DNA of 64,000 bases from Octopus sinensis (GCF_006345805.1 NC_043003.1:5394001-5458000), one strand, 5' to 3'. Shown: positions 1 to 13,624, counted from the stretch's first letter. Notes: generated by a model not told the origin, from the sequence alone. A program made the numbers and translations.

Positions 1-915
1 AATTATATTTCTTTTTACTCCCCCCCATATATATATATATATATAGTATGTGTGTGTGTGTGTGTATGTGTGTGTGGTTGCGGGCATGGCAAAACTAGAA
101 TCACCTTCTTTAGCTGTACGCTCTCAATTTTTCATAACGCTAAAATATGTATATCTGAATTTATTTGCTATTTCCTTCATTAAGTCTTCTGTAATAATTT
201 TTTGTTGTATAATTCTTGCGGTGAGGAGAACGGTGATATATAATTAGTTTAATTTAATAAAATTAATTTTAATTATTCTACCATGTATTTACATGTTAAT
301 ATGGCTATTTGAAACGATCGTTTGCCTGTATCAAAATTCTTTTAAATTTTAACATCTCCATTTTTAACAAATTTGAGTTTCTATGGGATACCTTTCCATA
401 AATTCTCATCACACACCATACATACATATATGTGTGTGTGTGTGTGTGTGTATAAAAAATATGTGTCCTTATGTGTATATAAACACTGGAGTGTTAACCG
501 TTACTTGCCACGAGACAGGTAACCTTATACTCCTTTCGTTACCCTGGGTAATATCGATAAATATGGGATTTGTAAAATGATTAAAATTTAACTTTTATCA
601 AATTTTTGGCTACTTATATAAAATGATGAAATGAATATTAATTTTCAAAATTAAATGAAACAGATGTCTTGATTGTATGATTGTATGACTGCATTAAATA
701 CGTTGTCTTTTACTCTCTCTTTCTCTCCCTCTTCCTTTTCTCCCCTCCTTTCTTTTCGTCTCCTCCTTCTCCTGCCCCTCACACCTCCGACATCGAACCA
801 AGTATGTGCAATCATGCTACTCCTCTTGTATCAAATATGTACTTCTCTTTTACACTCCTTTCCTCTTCTGCTTATATTATCAAAACCTGACTGGAAGAAT
901 CAACCAAACAACCAA

Positions 916-918
<3 letters not shown>

Positions 919-969
<51 letters not shown>

Positions 970-1306
970 GTATACACACATATATATATATATATACACA
1001 CATATATATATATACACACATAATATATATATATACACACACATATATATATATGTATGCACATATATATATATACACACATATATATATGTATGTATAC
1101 ACATATATATGTATACCCATATATATATACATATATATATATATATACACACACACACATATATATATATATACACACATATATATATATACACACACAC
1201 ACACATATATATATATACATACACACATATATATATATACACACACCTATATATATATATACACACACATATATATACACACATATATATATATATACAC
1301 ACACAT

Positions 1307-1363
<57 letters not shown>

Positions 1364-1385
1364 CGTACGTATGTATATATGTGTG
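919..1385. repeat. Compound (TA)n/(CA)n microsatellite
   Basis: Continuous alternating TA/CA dinucleotide tract; it explains the overlapping YI/HT-rich ORFs. Confidence 0.97.
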
Positions 1386-3563
1386 CGTGTGAATAGAGAA
1401 AGTCACACACAGATAGAAGATGACAGAAAAATGAAGAGAAATAGATGAACCGCCTGAATGGTGGATCAATACCCATGTAGTCAAAAAAATTTCGAAGAAA
1501 ATTGATTACAGACAGAGAGAAATAAATGCAAATTTCCAGAAATCAGATTAAATAAAATAAATTTAATAATTTACAATTTTCCTCTGTGTTATCATGCAGA
1601 TAATGATGTAATGAAATTGTGGACATTGTTTGGAAGGACAATATTCGCTATTTTTGTTTCAGATTGTTATCGACTGATTTCCTTTGCTCTTGTTGCTTGG
1701 TTTCCAGTTCCTGTCAAAAACTACTGATACGGTTTCTATCAGGATTATCGAGTAATTAATCACCTAGAAGTTTAATAAATCTCTTTTTACTATTTCATTA
1801 TACTTCCTAACGTGTGATATTTTATTCTTGCCTCTGAGGTTTTAATTATTCTATTCTTTAATTCTAACCTTCATGGCTAAGACCATGCTGGAGCAAGTTA
1901 CTTTTTAAAATTGGTCTTAACCCTCAAAGATAAAGCTCCGTTTGACTGTTATGTGTAGTTAACATTCAGTATCTTATAACCAGGCCAAGCAATTCTTTCT
2001 TCCCTTTATTAATGACTTCTCTACATGTATAGTTTCGGTTCGGTTGTATATCAAGGGATTTCGTGTAGAATTCCTTCTATGAGTAACATCGCAACATTGT
2101 GAATCAACGTGACTTGTACTGGCTGATCTTGTTCCCATTTGTTCAGTTCTCAGAGACCTGCTTTCGCTACACAAGCTATATATATATATATATATATATA
2201 ATGGAATTCTTTAAATGTCACAATTGAAATATACATGGTAAATTTTTAGTATAACACCCGCACAATTTTCACTCAGCGAAAAAAAAACACTGGTTTTAGC
2301 GTGGAATCAAATACCCTGACCTAATATGGTAAATATGTTTTGTTTTTTTTTATAAAAATCGTGCGGGTGTTACACAGAAAATTTACCACATATTATTCGA
2401 CAAAACTTCCCGTCCTTCTTTATCACAGACATGAGTTTCATTTGATAATCTTCAATGGTTACACAGAAGATAGTTCTGGTATTGCATTTTACGTTGCCAA
2501 AACTAAGAATGGGATTTTTTGCATTTTCATACACAGATCATAAAAAGTATCGAATCTCTATGCAATGGTCAATTAAATCGTAATCATATTTTTTATTATT
2601 ATTTAAGTTCATGAAGCTAGAACATGTGATCCAGTGACTAATTTGTTTGTTGTTTTATCCAACTATTTACAATCTTCACTTGTAGCTTCATCTTGTTCAT
2701 ATTTCTTGTTGCACAAGATCTTTTTACTTTTGGCGGTTATGATTTCTCTGTAGCCATTAATATGTTTCCTTCTTGTCCATCTGAAAATTATAGGCGGAAG
2801 GTGAAAAGAAATTATTTCTGTAGAAACAAGATGGTTTATTGTTCAGGTCATTAACGAATGGCATTTAGAGTTTTGACTAATTTCTTGTGAGTAATGCTTG
2901 ATGGAAGAGAATCACGTCTAAAGTTGTATTGTCTTCGAAATCTTATTCGCAACATTTAAGTTGCTTTCCATTCTTCTCTTCATAGCTCCATTCACTCCAT
3001 TCCTGATGCCATTGTATTCTTTTTCTTTCTCACTCTCTCTTTCTCTAAATGCCTCCATCCTTCTTTCTTCCTGTGCCTGCCTTTTACTTTCCCGCTCTTT
3101 TTCACTTCCTTCCTCGTTCACACCCTGTTTCCTATCCTTCCTGTGGCCTGATTTAATGCTGTGTATTGTATTCCAAGATGCTTAAAATCCTGACAGAGTC
3201 AGATCAAATCTAAATTATTGGTTAATGTATTTTAGTATTTTCTTTTCTTGCCGGGTGGAAATTTTGAAATTTCACCAGGAATATTTGAAATCATTGAAAT
3301 GGTTTATAAAATTTGTCGATCTGCTGCTTGTCTTGGATACATACTTTATGCACAGAGAATTGGATCTCGTCAAGTTTTTAGCTTAGATCCGACAAAGTTG
3401 TGTTTTACCTTTCATAATAAATCTGGTTGCTTATGTAAACGTAATTGCTGTGAAGAATGCAAAAACTCGCATTGTTTCTTGGGGTTTAAGTCCTTTATTA
3501 GGGGAGAGGGAACAGACAGATGACCCCACGCATTGTTATCCAAAAGTTATGGTCGTAAGGCAA

Positions 3564-3828
3564 CCGGAAGTGAGCCGGCAGGTAGGGAGAATTTCCGAGA
3601 AGAATAGGATGAACGATGATAGTAAGCTGAAAACTTTGCGCATGCGCAGACACGATTAGTAATTAGCAAATTTATTTATTTATTCATTTATCTGATTGCG
3701 GTATGGAGAATGGATCCAATAGGCTGAAATAGAAGAGAGGGTTTGCTGAGCTGGTGGAGCACTTCGTCCTTGTAGAAGTCAGCTCAGTTTTTCATGCCAT
3801 TAAGTTCGATGAAAAATGTACCAATCAG
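3564..3828. promoter_or_regulatory. Candidate housekeeping-type promoter motif cluster
   Basis: CCGGAAGTG (ETS/GABPA consensus) at 3564-3572, perfect TGCGCATGCGCA (NRF1 consensus) at 3637-3648, CCAAT at 3716 and 3821, all in non-microsatellite DNA; no downstream exon identified. Confidence 0.45.
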
Positions 3829-5598
3829 ATAGTGATGTTGATTGTATCGATTCAACACATCTTCCTTCTCCTCCTTCACTCCCGAAAATGTGTGGCTTTC
3901 ATATCGATGTGTGAAATCATTGTTGTTATTCAAACTCTTTATTATCACATTTTTTTTTGCGATGGTTTTTGTTGTTTTTCCCGATTTGTTGTTGTATATT
4001 GTTGTTGTTGTCGTTCGTTATTGTTATCAATGATTGATATAATTTTGGAAATCAATATTTAAAAATGAAGAGACAAAGTGAAAAAAGAAAAGGAAGTAAA
4101 TCGAAAGAAAGTTATAATATTCTATGAGGAACTGATGTCTTTCATAAACCAATTCAGCTGAAAATTTCTTAATTTATCCAAGAAATCTTAAGCGCCGTTA
4201 TACCCCGCTTCAACACATTGAATTCTATTCGGAAGGAAGGAGAAAAATAAAAGTTTTATGGTTGAAACGAAATGTATAAAATGTATAAAATAGTAAAAAC
4301 AGAACAATACAAATACAAAACAACCATAAAAAACCGTAGGAAGAAGATATTTCACCTCTCGCTGATGTGAAGACCTTTTTGACCAAACTCACATAAATTA
4401 TCTTAGTCTATTTTTTAATTACAATTTATTATTTGGTTATTATTCTAAATTTAAAATGTTTCATATTCTTCGCTTTCTACTTTATTTAACAATGCTTTTA
4501 TATGTTCGATGTCTGTTGTATGGTTTTGTGTCTTTTACTGTTCCATTCCTATAAAGAATACTTGGAAACTATGGTTATTAGATATCAAAGACAATCAGAT
4601 ATAATAACAATTTTTTTCGTAGACAGAAGCTGTCAGTTAAGTTGATTTAAGCATGTCTTTTGAAAAAAATCAAAACTAGATATCAAAAGCATGAGTCGAC
4701 AGCACAAGAACCTATAAGTGGCTGTTCGGCTTGCTAGAAATAACAGCTGAATGTACATCAAATACCACTCCACTGATTAATGAAAATGAACACAGAAAGG
4801 ACACATTAGATGAGGTAGCTTCGCCAAATACAATCATATAAAATAGTCACAGCTAAATTAACTATTTCTTCGATTAGGATGAATGTTTGAGTAAACGACA
4901 ACAAGATCAACAACGGAAACACAGAGAGCTTATGTGCTCATCCTGCTAAAAAGAGCAGCCAAATATCGCTACAATTAAGCCTCAATAGAACGAAGAATAC
5001 ATTTTGTGTAGTCTATTTGCTGGTAGAATAAAGGCGGCAATTTCATTGATTTTCTGCTCCTAACCATGCGATGTCAGAGTGACCTGGGGCTAAACAAGAA
5101 CTGCAAGAAACTTGCTATTACAATCATATATCTGTGTCAGGTTATCCATTACATTTTATCCGAACTTGCGTTTCTTCAGGTAGTTAACGTATCACAGACA
5201 TCTGGAAGATTTTCTCCCTATATTTGCTTTTTACTTTAACTTTTTCTTGTCTCTGTCTTTGGACCAGGGCCAGGCTGAAGCACCGCTTCGAAAAAAAAAT
5301 TATTCATACTTTAAAACTGACTTGTAACAGTTTCACACTAAAATGAGGAGTTACGCAATATTATTAGGAGAGAACATTTCCCATTTGAGACAATATGGTT
5401 GCGGTCAGCAACCCCAAACTCTGAGGTCACTGTCAACATTTATCACGAAAACGTTAATACATATGTAATCTACTTAAAAGTATTTAGTAATCTCATATGT
5501 TATTACTAAATTGGTTTTATAAGTACCTTGGCATAAGACAAACATTTTCCTTTTTATGGGTGTATATGTATGTGTGTGTATATATATATATATAATAT

Positions 5599-5740
5599 TG
5601 TTAAAGAGGACAAGCATTAAGGCAAGGCAAACACCTCAAGTCGTATACCATATTATTATTGGAAATTTTTTTCCAATAATAATATTGTATACGACTTGAG
5701 GTGTTTGCCTTGCTATAATGTTTTCTTGTCCTCTTTAACA
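5599..5740. repeat. Fold-back inverted repeat next to (TA)n
   Basis: Arms of about 67-71 bp (TGTTAAAGAGGACAAG...TTGGAAA / TTTCCAA...CTTGTCCTCTTTAACA) with a 4-nt T loop. Confidence 0.92.
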
Positions 5741-6769
5741 CTTATATATCCGTTGCATCAGAAATCTGCAACGTTTCCTTAACTGCCGTCTTGGCTATAA
5801 AATTGGAGTCCCAGTAATCTGCCACACCACTTACTTAGCGTATCTAATCGTTTAGATCACTTGTGAGCTCAATACCAACACTTTGTCTGTGTGTGTACAT
5901 ACATATCCAAATATGAATTAGTAACATTGCTAGTGATGTAAACATTATTCACTATAAACGGGCTCAATATATGAGCATTGCTTGTTCGCCGCTATGCTGC
6001 GGGTTAGCACGATATGGACACCTTCCTCAAAGTGCCGGGTAGTAACACACTGAAATTCATAGACAGGTAGGCAACTCGCCCCAAATCTCATTCAGGATTG
6101 ATGGGCAGTGATGTTTCGTGCTTTTTGTGGCTTATTAACAAATCGTGCCCGAACCGAACTTGAGGCATACTGAATCGCTAGTAAAACACCATGTGTTTTG
6201 AGGGGGCGCATCCCCATCGGGCTAAATCGCAGTCTACCAGCGAACAATCAAAGCACATGCATTAAGTATGTGAGGTGGTTAATACATTATAAACACAAGC
6301 GCTGCTTATTTATATTTGAATTTATTCTCGCTTTGCATCCTCGGGGCGTAGCACAAAGTTTTTACACTCCAATTCGGCTCAGGAACGTCAGGTTGATAAA
6401 CCACAAAAATGGCAAAATATTCACACCCATGGCATCTCCTGTCAGTGGATTTAAGGCGAGTTGGCCAGCCTGTCTATGACCATCAGGTGTTTTAATACCC
6501 GGCGTTTTGAAGGAAGCATCTCCACCGCGCTAAATTGCAGGCTACCGGCGAATGAGCGAGAAGGGTACATTATAAAAGGTCGAGATGTGCTTTAAAGTCT
6601 TTGTCAAAATTACTTTATACAGATTTTAAGTATAAAGGCGATTTTTTAAAACGAAGTCTTTTCTCAGGATAGTACTAACCATTTTTTGAAGAAGCCTTTT
6701 TCCTAGTGTGTGAGCGCTTTCCTTTAACCTTCTTAAACACACGTGCGCTTAGTTTATATATTGTCCTTT

Positions 6770-7130
6770 TATTTCTTTCAGTCATTTGATTGTGGCCATG
6801 CTGGGTTTTTAGTTGAAAAAATCGACCCCAGAACTTATTCTTTGTAAGCATAGTACTCATTCTATCGTTGTCTTTTGCCGAACCGCTAACTTTAGGGAAC
6901 CTAAACACACCAGCATCGGTTGTCAGGTGATGATTGGGGTGGGGTGGGGACAAACGCAGACATACACACCACGGACTTCTTTCAGTTTTTGACTACCAAA
7001 TCCACCCAAAAGTGTCTGGTCGGCCGGAGGCTATAGTAGAAGTAACTTGCCCAAGGTGCCATGCAGTGTGACTGAAACTGAAACCACGTGGTTGGGAAGC
7101 AAGCTTCTTACCACACAGCCACGCCTGCGC
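6770..7130 (-). mobile_element. tRNA-derived SINE, family B (CORE/Meta-like middle)
   Basis: Reverse complement of the GGCGTGGCTGTGTGGTAAG...CACCTTGGGCAAGT...CTACTATAGCC head and body; homologous to copies at 9385, 15072 and 52945. Confidence 0.85.
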
Positions 7131-7139
7131 CTTGCCATG

Positions 7140-7760
7140 CCTGTATACACATATATATATTCTCATATATATATATATATACATGTGCAGGCTATGTGGA
7201 TCAGAAACATTTTACTCACAATAACCAAATCGTTTTTGCAGTTTGTTCAGCAAGATTTTGCAGAACTCTCAACTGCCTTTTACGGAAGAAGAAACAGCCA
7301 TGTACATACAAAGACATACATACATACAGACTTCATACATACAAACCTATATACATACATGCATACAGACATACATACATGCATACATACATACATACAT
7401 ACATACATACATACATACATACATACATACAGACTTCATATATACAAACCTATATACAGACAGACAGACATACATACATACATACATACATACATACGGA
7501 CTTCATACATACAAACCTATATACATACATGCATACAGACTTACATGCATATATACATACGCACATACAATCATACATACATACGTCCGTACATACAAAC
7601 ATACATATTTCATACGTACATGCACATATCCATACATACTTACGTCCATACATATATACAAACATACATACATCATATATACATTCATGCTTTATACCTG
7701 CATCCATCAATCCATCTATCCTTCCATCCACCTATCCACACACAACACATATATATGCAT
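7140..7760. repeat. (TACA)n microsatellite with embedded ~45-bp higher-order unit
   Basis: TACA tract; unit CATACAGACTTCATACATACAAACCTATATAC recurs near 7325, 7425 and 7493. Confidence 0.9.
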
Positions 7761-7825
7761 ACAGGCAACCAGATATAACAATTTACTCTCTCTTCTCCGA
7801 AATTTTAGAAATACAGCTAAGTGCC

Positions 7826-7870
7826 TGTTTATCTGACGAAGTCTAATTACACCGAAACACGTGAAAAGTT
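7826..7870 (+). ncRNA. Degenerate type I hammerhead-like motif
   Basis: CTGACGA (7833-7839), AGTCTAATTACACC, GAAAC (7854-7858), ACGTG; stem II is two substitutions from GGTCT-AATT-AGACC and the cleavage triplet is damaged. Confidence 0.5.
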
Positions 7871-8282
7871 ATTCCGCCTAATTACCCGACCAGATTAGTA
7901 AAAACACTATGTTAGTCAAACACTAATATAATCCCTCGCTCGAGTTTTGCAGTTAACTTTCAGATATTGCAAGTGTTAAATATATTAACACTAACTCAGT
8001 ATATAGATAGCTCATAAACGGATGCAACATTATTGAAACGACACACACATGTAGTAATCGATTTGTGTAGTAAAAGCGTATAAATGTGTATCATTATATC
8101 CTTTACGATGGATTTATCATGGAACGGATCATTATGAAATAGCTTTGCTTGAAATAGTTTCCCAGGAAGGCAATAGATGCAGAAATAGACATAAACGTAC
8201 AAACACATAAATATACATTCATATAACTACACATGAATATATCTTTCTCTCCATCTTTATATCTATCTAACTATCTATCTAT

Positions 8283-8303
8283 GTGTGTGTGTATATATAT
8301 ATA

Positions 8304-8361
<58 letters not shown>

Positions 8362-8391
8362 TATGCGTTCTTGTGTGCGTGCGTGTGTTAA

Positions 8392-8475
<84 letters not shown>

Positions 8476-8745
8476 CATACATATATATATACATACATAT
8501 ATATATGCATATGTGTTCTTGTGTGCGTGCGTGTGTTTATATATAATATATATATATGTATATATGTTTGTATGTATGTTTATATTTAGAGGGAGCAAGT
8601 GAGTGAGAGAGAGATATAACTAGGTAGAAAACGGTATAGGTATATGTATGTATGTGTCTGTGCCTCGGTGTGTGTGTGTGTGTGTGTATCTGTGTAGATA
8701 TGCATGTACGTATGCATATAAGTATGTATCTATCTATATATGCAT
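8283..8745. repeat. (TA)n/(TG)n compound microsatellite
   Basis: Direct inspection. Confidence 0.95.
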
Positions 8746-9287
8746 GCATCTCTGTTTATTGATAAAAACAGCAAAATAATACGAAACAGACATTGTCTAC
8801 CGCTAAATACATATAAAGACGTACATCTAAATGCTGCTCTCCGATTCTTGTAATGTCTCCTGCTGCTAAACCTTCAAGTCATTTCTTCGAAAAAGCTGTT
8901 TTATTCATAATAATGCTAATTGTATTCAATATCTAGGAACCTCCCAGTAGACCCACAGCAATCTACAAGGTTAATTATGTGCGAAATATAAGCCAGAGGT
9001 AGTAGGGAGATTTTTTTCCCCGTCCTCGTTTTTTATCATTCTTTCGTTATCTGGAGGTTACTTAGTAATAAATAAATATCACAGAACACGTGACTTCGAA
9101 ATATTTTCTCCCTTCTTTCCATATTCTTTTGCTTCAGTTTCCTTTCGTGCACACACACACACACAAGCCTGCACAAAAGCGCAAACACAAACTCAGACGC
9201 ATGTACGTATATATATACACATACCTACAGAAGAAATATCCTCATATATTCATTTTCACATGCATACATCTCTTTCTCTCTCTCTCG

Positions 9288-9376
<89 letters not shown>

Positions 9377-9384
9377 TCTTTTTA

Positions 9385-9735
9385 TCCTTTTATTTGTCAT
9401 TTTGACTGCGGTCATGCTGGAGCACCACTTTTAGTCAAACAAATCGTCCCCAGGACTTATTCTTTGTAAGCCTAATTCAGTCTGTTTTGCCGAACCGCTA
9501 AGTGACGGCGAGTTAACCACAGCAACATCGATTGTCAAGCAATGGTGGGGAGACAAACAAAGACACTCACACACAAACACACACACAATGGGCTTCTTTT
9601 AGTTCCCGTTTACCAAATCCACTGACGAGGTTTCGGTTTGACCCCATGCTATAGAAGAAGCCACTTGCCCAAGGTGCAACGCAGTGGGAATGAACGCAGA
9701 TCTATGTCGTTTTTACGACGCAGCCACGCCTGCGC
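9385..9735 (-). mobile_element. tRNA-derived SINE, family B
   Basis: GTCATTTTGACTGCGGTCATGCTGGAGCACC...CTTGCCCAAGGTGC...CAGCCACGCCTGCGCC, same layout as the other family B copies. Confidence 0.85.
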
Positions 9736-9744
9736 CTTCAAATA

Positions 9745-9960
9745 TCTTCCATCTTTAGATCACTGCAGATCTTTCCCATCTTCTCCCCGAGGTATAGAGT
9801 TTCAGCGCTTTCAACCTCTTCCACTAACTTAGCGATCTTTTCCTGAAGCTTCTTTGGATTGCTTTTAGATCTGTTGTTAGATTAATCTGGTTTAGCGCCC
9901 ATATTTCTGAACAGGGGTTGGTTGAAGTGCAATCTCAGATAGTTATAAATACTTCAGCAA
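9745..9960 (-). mobile_element. CR1-like LINE ORF2 C-terminal remnant
   Basis: Minus strand gives ...KAIQRSFRKR...WKRLKALKLYTSGRRWERSAVI*RWKI, matching the CR1-type WxRLKxLKLYSLERRRERYxxIYxWKI motif. Confidence 0.7.
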
Positions 9961-11119
9961 AAGTACTTTCTCCTTGGGAAATGGCGGAGTGTGACACTTT
10001 GATTTGTAAGATAGGAGTATATATTCATTATTAATGAATTGGAAAACCGCAGACCGTGTAGAGGTGTATATGAATGAAAGTATATATATTTGCGTATATG
10101 AAACAAATATACAAATGCCGACAAGTGCATTGTGTGCAAATAGTATTCACACAGAGTAAAGAATCATAGTATTTAATATGACTTACTCACCCCTCCACTC
10201 TCTCTCTCTCTCTCTCTGTATGCACATACACGTGTATACATATTCATATATGCAAACACATATGTTCAGGCTTAATACACACACATGTATAAATGTATTC
10301 CTATATTTCGCATACATAAGGATCAGTATGTGTGTGTGTATGTGTTTGTATGCGTGAGAAATATTAAGCTAATCATCTGCAAAGAAGAAAGATGAAGATA
10401 ATTAAGATAGATTCAGTTTTGTTTTGGGAGCTTCTCATCAGTTAATTATAATTAATCAGCGATAAATATCATCATTAATTGAGAAAAGCTATCTGAGGGT
10501 TCATCGTAAACTTATTACATTTAGTGTATTCTAGGTTAAAATGAGTAATTAAGGTCTCCAGTGAGGAGAGCAAATTTGTTTTAATAATCAGCAGAATTGG
10601 TTATGTTAGTAGTAGATACTTTCTCCATCATACAGATGGGAGATCGATATCAGCTCACGACATATTTATGAAGTCTTATCTAACTATATACTTCGCTCAC
10701 CGTATCCTTTTGTGTGAAAATTCGTAGACAATCTTTTATGCGGTGTGTTTGTGTTTTTAGTGCGTGCATTAAAATCGGTGCGTCTTTATAGACACTTCTT
10801 ATGGATGCCAGATTGATATCTTCTTTCGTTCTGAATCCAACCGTTAATGTACCTATCATACAACGAAGTTCAGTCGGATAAAACATTTGAACGCGGAGCT
10901 ATAGTATGGCCGTAACCCAATGACTGCTGCCAATAAAACAATGAAAAAGAAATTGTATTATATTTACTCTATTACAAACGGTAATCACAAGCGTCCATGG
11001 TTAGTGCGGTTTCCAATGAGACCAGTCTGTATGTGTGCACGTGTTTGTGTATGTATGTAGAAAAACACACACAAACACACACACATATATATATATATAA
11101 CTTATGTGTATATCGCAAA

Positions 11120-11335
11120 GCTACGATAGGCCGGTCAAGTCACAAGGCTCATAGACTGTTGGTGAAATCTGCGCAAACGGACGAGAGGCCATTCAGAAGA
11201 CCTCCAATCAGATGAGAAGATGATGCAAAAAAGAAGTTTGGAGCAACGTGGAGGAGAATAGAGAATGCACGAAGGGAATGGAACAAGTACTATGGCCAAC
11301 GGAGCCGACTCGGCATCAAACAATCTGACCGATCC
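11120..11335 (+). mobile_element. RTE-clade LINE C-terminal remnant
   Basis: ...ERPFRRPPIR*EDDAKKKFGATWRRI, resembling the RTE RxRGRPPxRWxDD..K..G..W motif. Confidence 0.6.
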
Positions 11336-11339
11336 AGGT

Positions 11340-11830
11340 GATCTCACACCGGTTCTCCTCCTTTGGATGCCCACACTTAGAATGCTGGTGCTACACCAAA
11401 CAAACATTACTAAAATTGAGCAACCCAGAGAGCAATCAGTAAGAAACTAAAAGGCATGATTCGTCGTGCTTAATGGGACCACCTTAAAATCTTGAAACTT
11501 TATTCCTTCCCACTCTACCACGAGGCAGAGCAATATATTTTGCAAAATGCGGAGGACATAAAACCAGCGTTGCTCAAATAACCTAAGCATCAGACTAAGA
11601 TGTCATCAAAGATTTTGGGCACGTGCTTTCACTATTCGACCTCAGAACACATACATTCACTGCAACAAAATATTTCTTTTGCTCTGTTTAACATTATCCC
11701 AAAGTAAGTCAAAGAAATGATCCCATCATCCTCAAAAGCAACCTGGACAAATTTCTACAAAAACGAAAATACCAGATAGGCCACCTACACATCACAGGCA
11801 AACAAAAACTCTCTATTTGAATGGGCCAAT
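11340..11830 (+). mobile_element. CR1-like LINE 3' remnant
   Basis: Degenerate WDHLKILKLYS and LKSNLDKFL-like segments; homologous to the other CR1-like 3' ends in the window. Confidence 0.6.
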
Positions 11831-11925
11831 GTGGCACAAAACCTGACTTGAAAATGACTTAACAGATCTTATCAGATGGTGCTATATATATGTGTATATA
11901 CACATATACATATATATACATATAT

Positions 11926-11956
<31 letters not shown>

Positions 11957-12581
11957 CATATATATACACACATAGACCGTCTGTATTAATATGTGAAAGT
12001 CATATTCATGCCTGCGTTTTGTAACTGGTTTGGCACCATGCATGTGCAATTTTTGTTGCACAGGTGTCGATTGTATTAGACCCATTTTCCTTTGTCAAAG
12101 CTCGTTGTTTTTATTTGAAAACAATTTTAAACAATATGTGAACTTGTGATTGTAATGTGTGCATGAATATGTGTGTTTCGGCATTGGGGTATACTATCAT
12201 TTCTCTGTACTATGAATGGAAATCGTTACATCGAACGCTGTCTGTATAGTTCAAGCCATGGAAAAATGTATGTGAGTATATATACATATATATTCTACCA
12301 AATATATACGTTTTTATTATTATTCTGCAATTTACTTATCATCGGTATAGTATTGTTATTTTAATTTTAATATTTCTATTATATGTAATTTTGTAGATGG
12401 TGTAATTTAATTGTGCATTTTGAATTAATAAAAGGTGTTTTTTTCTAATTTATATATATATTATATATATATATTTTTTTCTTACGACCAGTCCATCAGA
12501 TGTAGTTACACATCGCTGGTCACAATGCGTTCGCATTGTTTTAGCCTTCGAATGACGCCACCCCGCTGGCTAAGCGAGCAG

Positions 12582-12630
<49 letters not shown>

Positions 12631-13584
12631 ATGTGTGTATATGTGTGTGTGTGTGCGCGCGTCCATGTGCACTTAGTCTTTGAATGTGGGTGTGTATGAG
12701 TGTGTAGGTGTGCGTGCGTATGTGTGTTTGCAGTGTGAGTAGTACATGTAATATATAGACCATTAGTAGAAACAGTATTAATCAAATAGTTCGTAACAAA
12801 AACAGAATTATTACCGAACAGAACCGAATTAAGGAAAGAACGGTTAAAAGAGCTTAGAGCTAAGTCCTGTGTCTTAAACCTTAATGTAATTGATCCTGGA
12901 GTATAAGAATTTACTAAACTGTCCATCTTGAGGATTAACAAACCGAAATAAAGTGAAACCTGCAAGTTCGTTGCATGTAAGATGCATCTACATGCAACTG
13001 TATTTAATCTGCATCTACATGCACCACTGTGCAGAAGCGGCGTAGCAATCTGACTTGCTAAGAAGATGACATTGTTTTCAATTCCACGTTCGCTTAGCTG
13101 TCATTTGAAACCGAAACTAAAATCCTAAAAGTCATGGCAGGCTTTTAAGTCTCCGTTATTAGTGCAAAAGTTGTCAAAATTCAGTGTGCTGCTACAGTTG
13201 GAACATCGAGAAAATTCTAAGGAGATACAGAAGAGCAACATGCTAAAATTAAAACGATGCATTACATTTGAGAGGTGCTTCATGTGTCGATAAATTGTTT
13301 GATAAACTGGCAAATGGCTTGTTAGATTGTTACGGCTCTTAACAGATCAGTGACAGATTGCTTCAAGTTATAAATCGATTTAAGATGGCGATATACAATA
13401 TGAGAGTTATTACATTAATCAAATTACACCAATTGAATATGGTTCCTTAATATCGGCGGCTTCAATCACCAACAGCTTTCTCTTTCTCAATTGTTACATC
13501 ATTAACATTTCATAGTTTTACCCATCGTTAAGCAGCCAGTTCTTTATCCCTTCTTAATCTGCGAGAGGATAATAACGCACTACG

Positions 13585-13624
<40 letters not shown>

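Noticed and set aside
806-1484. Long ORFs rich in Y/I/H/T/C/V/M here and at 7.0-8.7, 19.6-20.7, 30.5-31.3, 57.2-57.9 and 60.1-61.9 kb
   Set aside because: TA/CA/TACA repeats lack stop codons in several frames; these are translation artefacts.
2350-3400. Minus-strand stretches (charged ORF at 2918-3121, WTRRKHINGYREII..., KYDYDLIDH) hinting at an exon or a very old RT
   Set aside because: Frequent stops, no consistent splice pair and motif similarity too weak to call.
4355-4400. CTGATGTGAAGACC..GACCAAAC hammerhead-like string
   Set aside because: A9 and G12 are both wrong and stem II does not pair.
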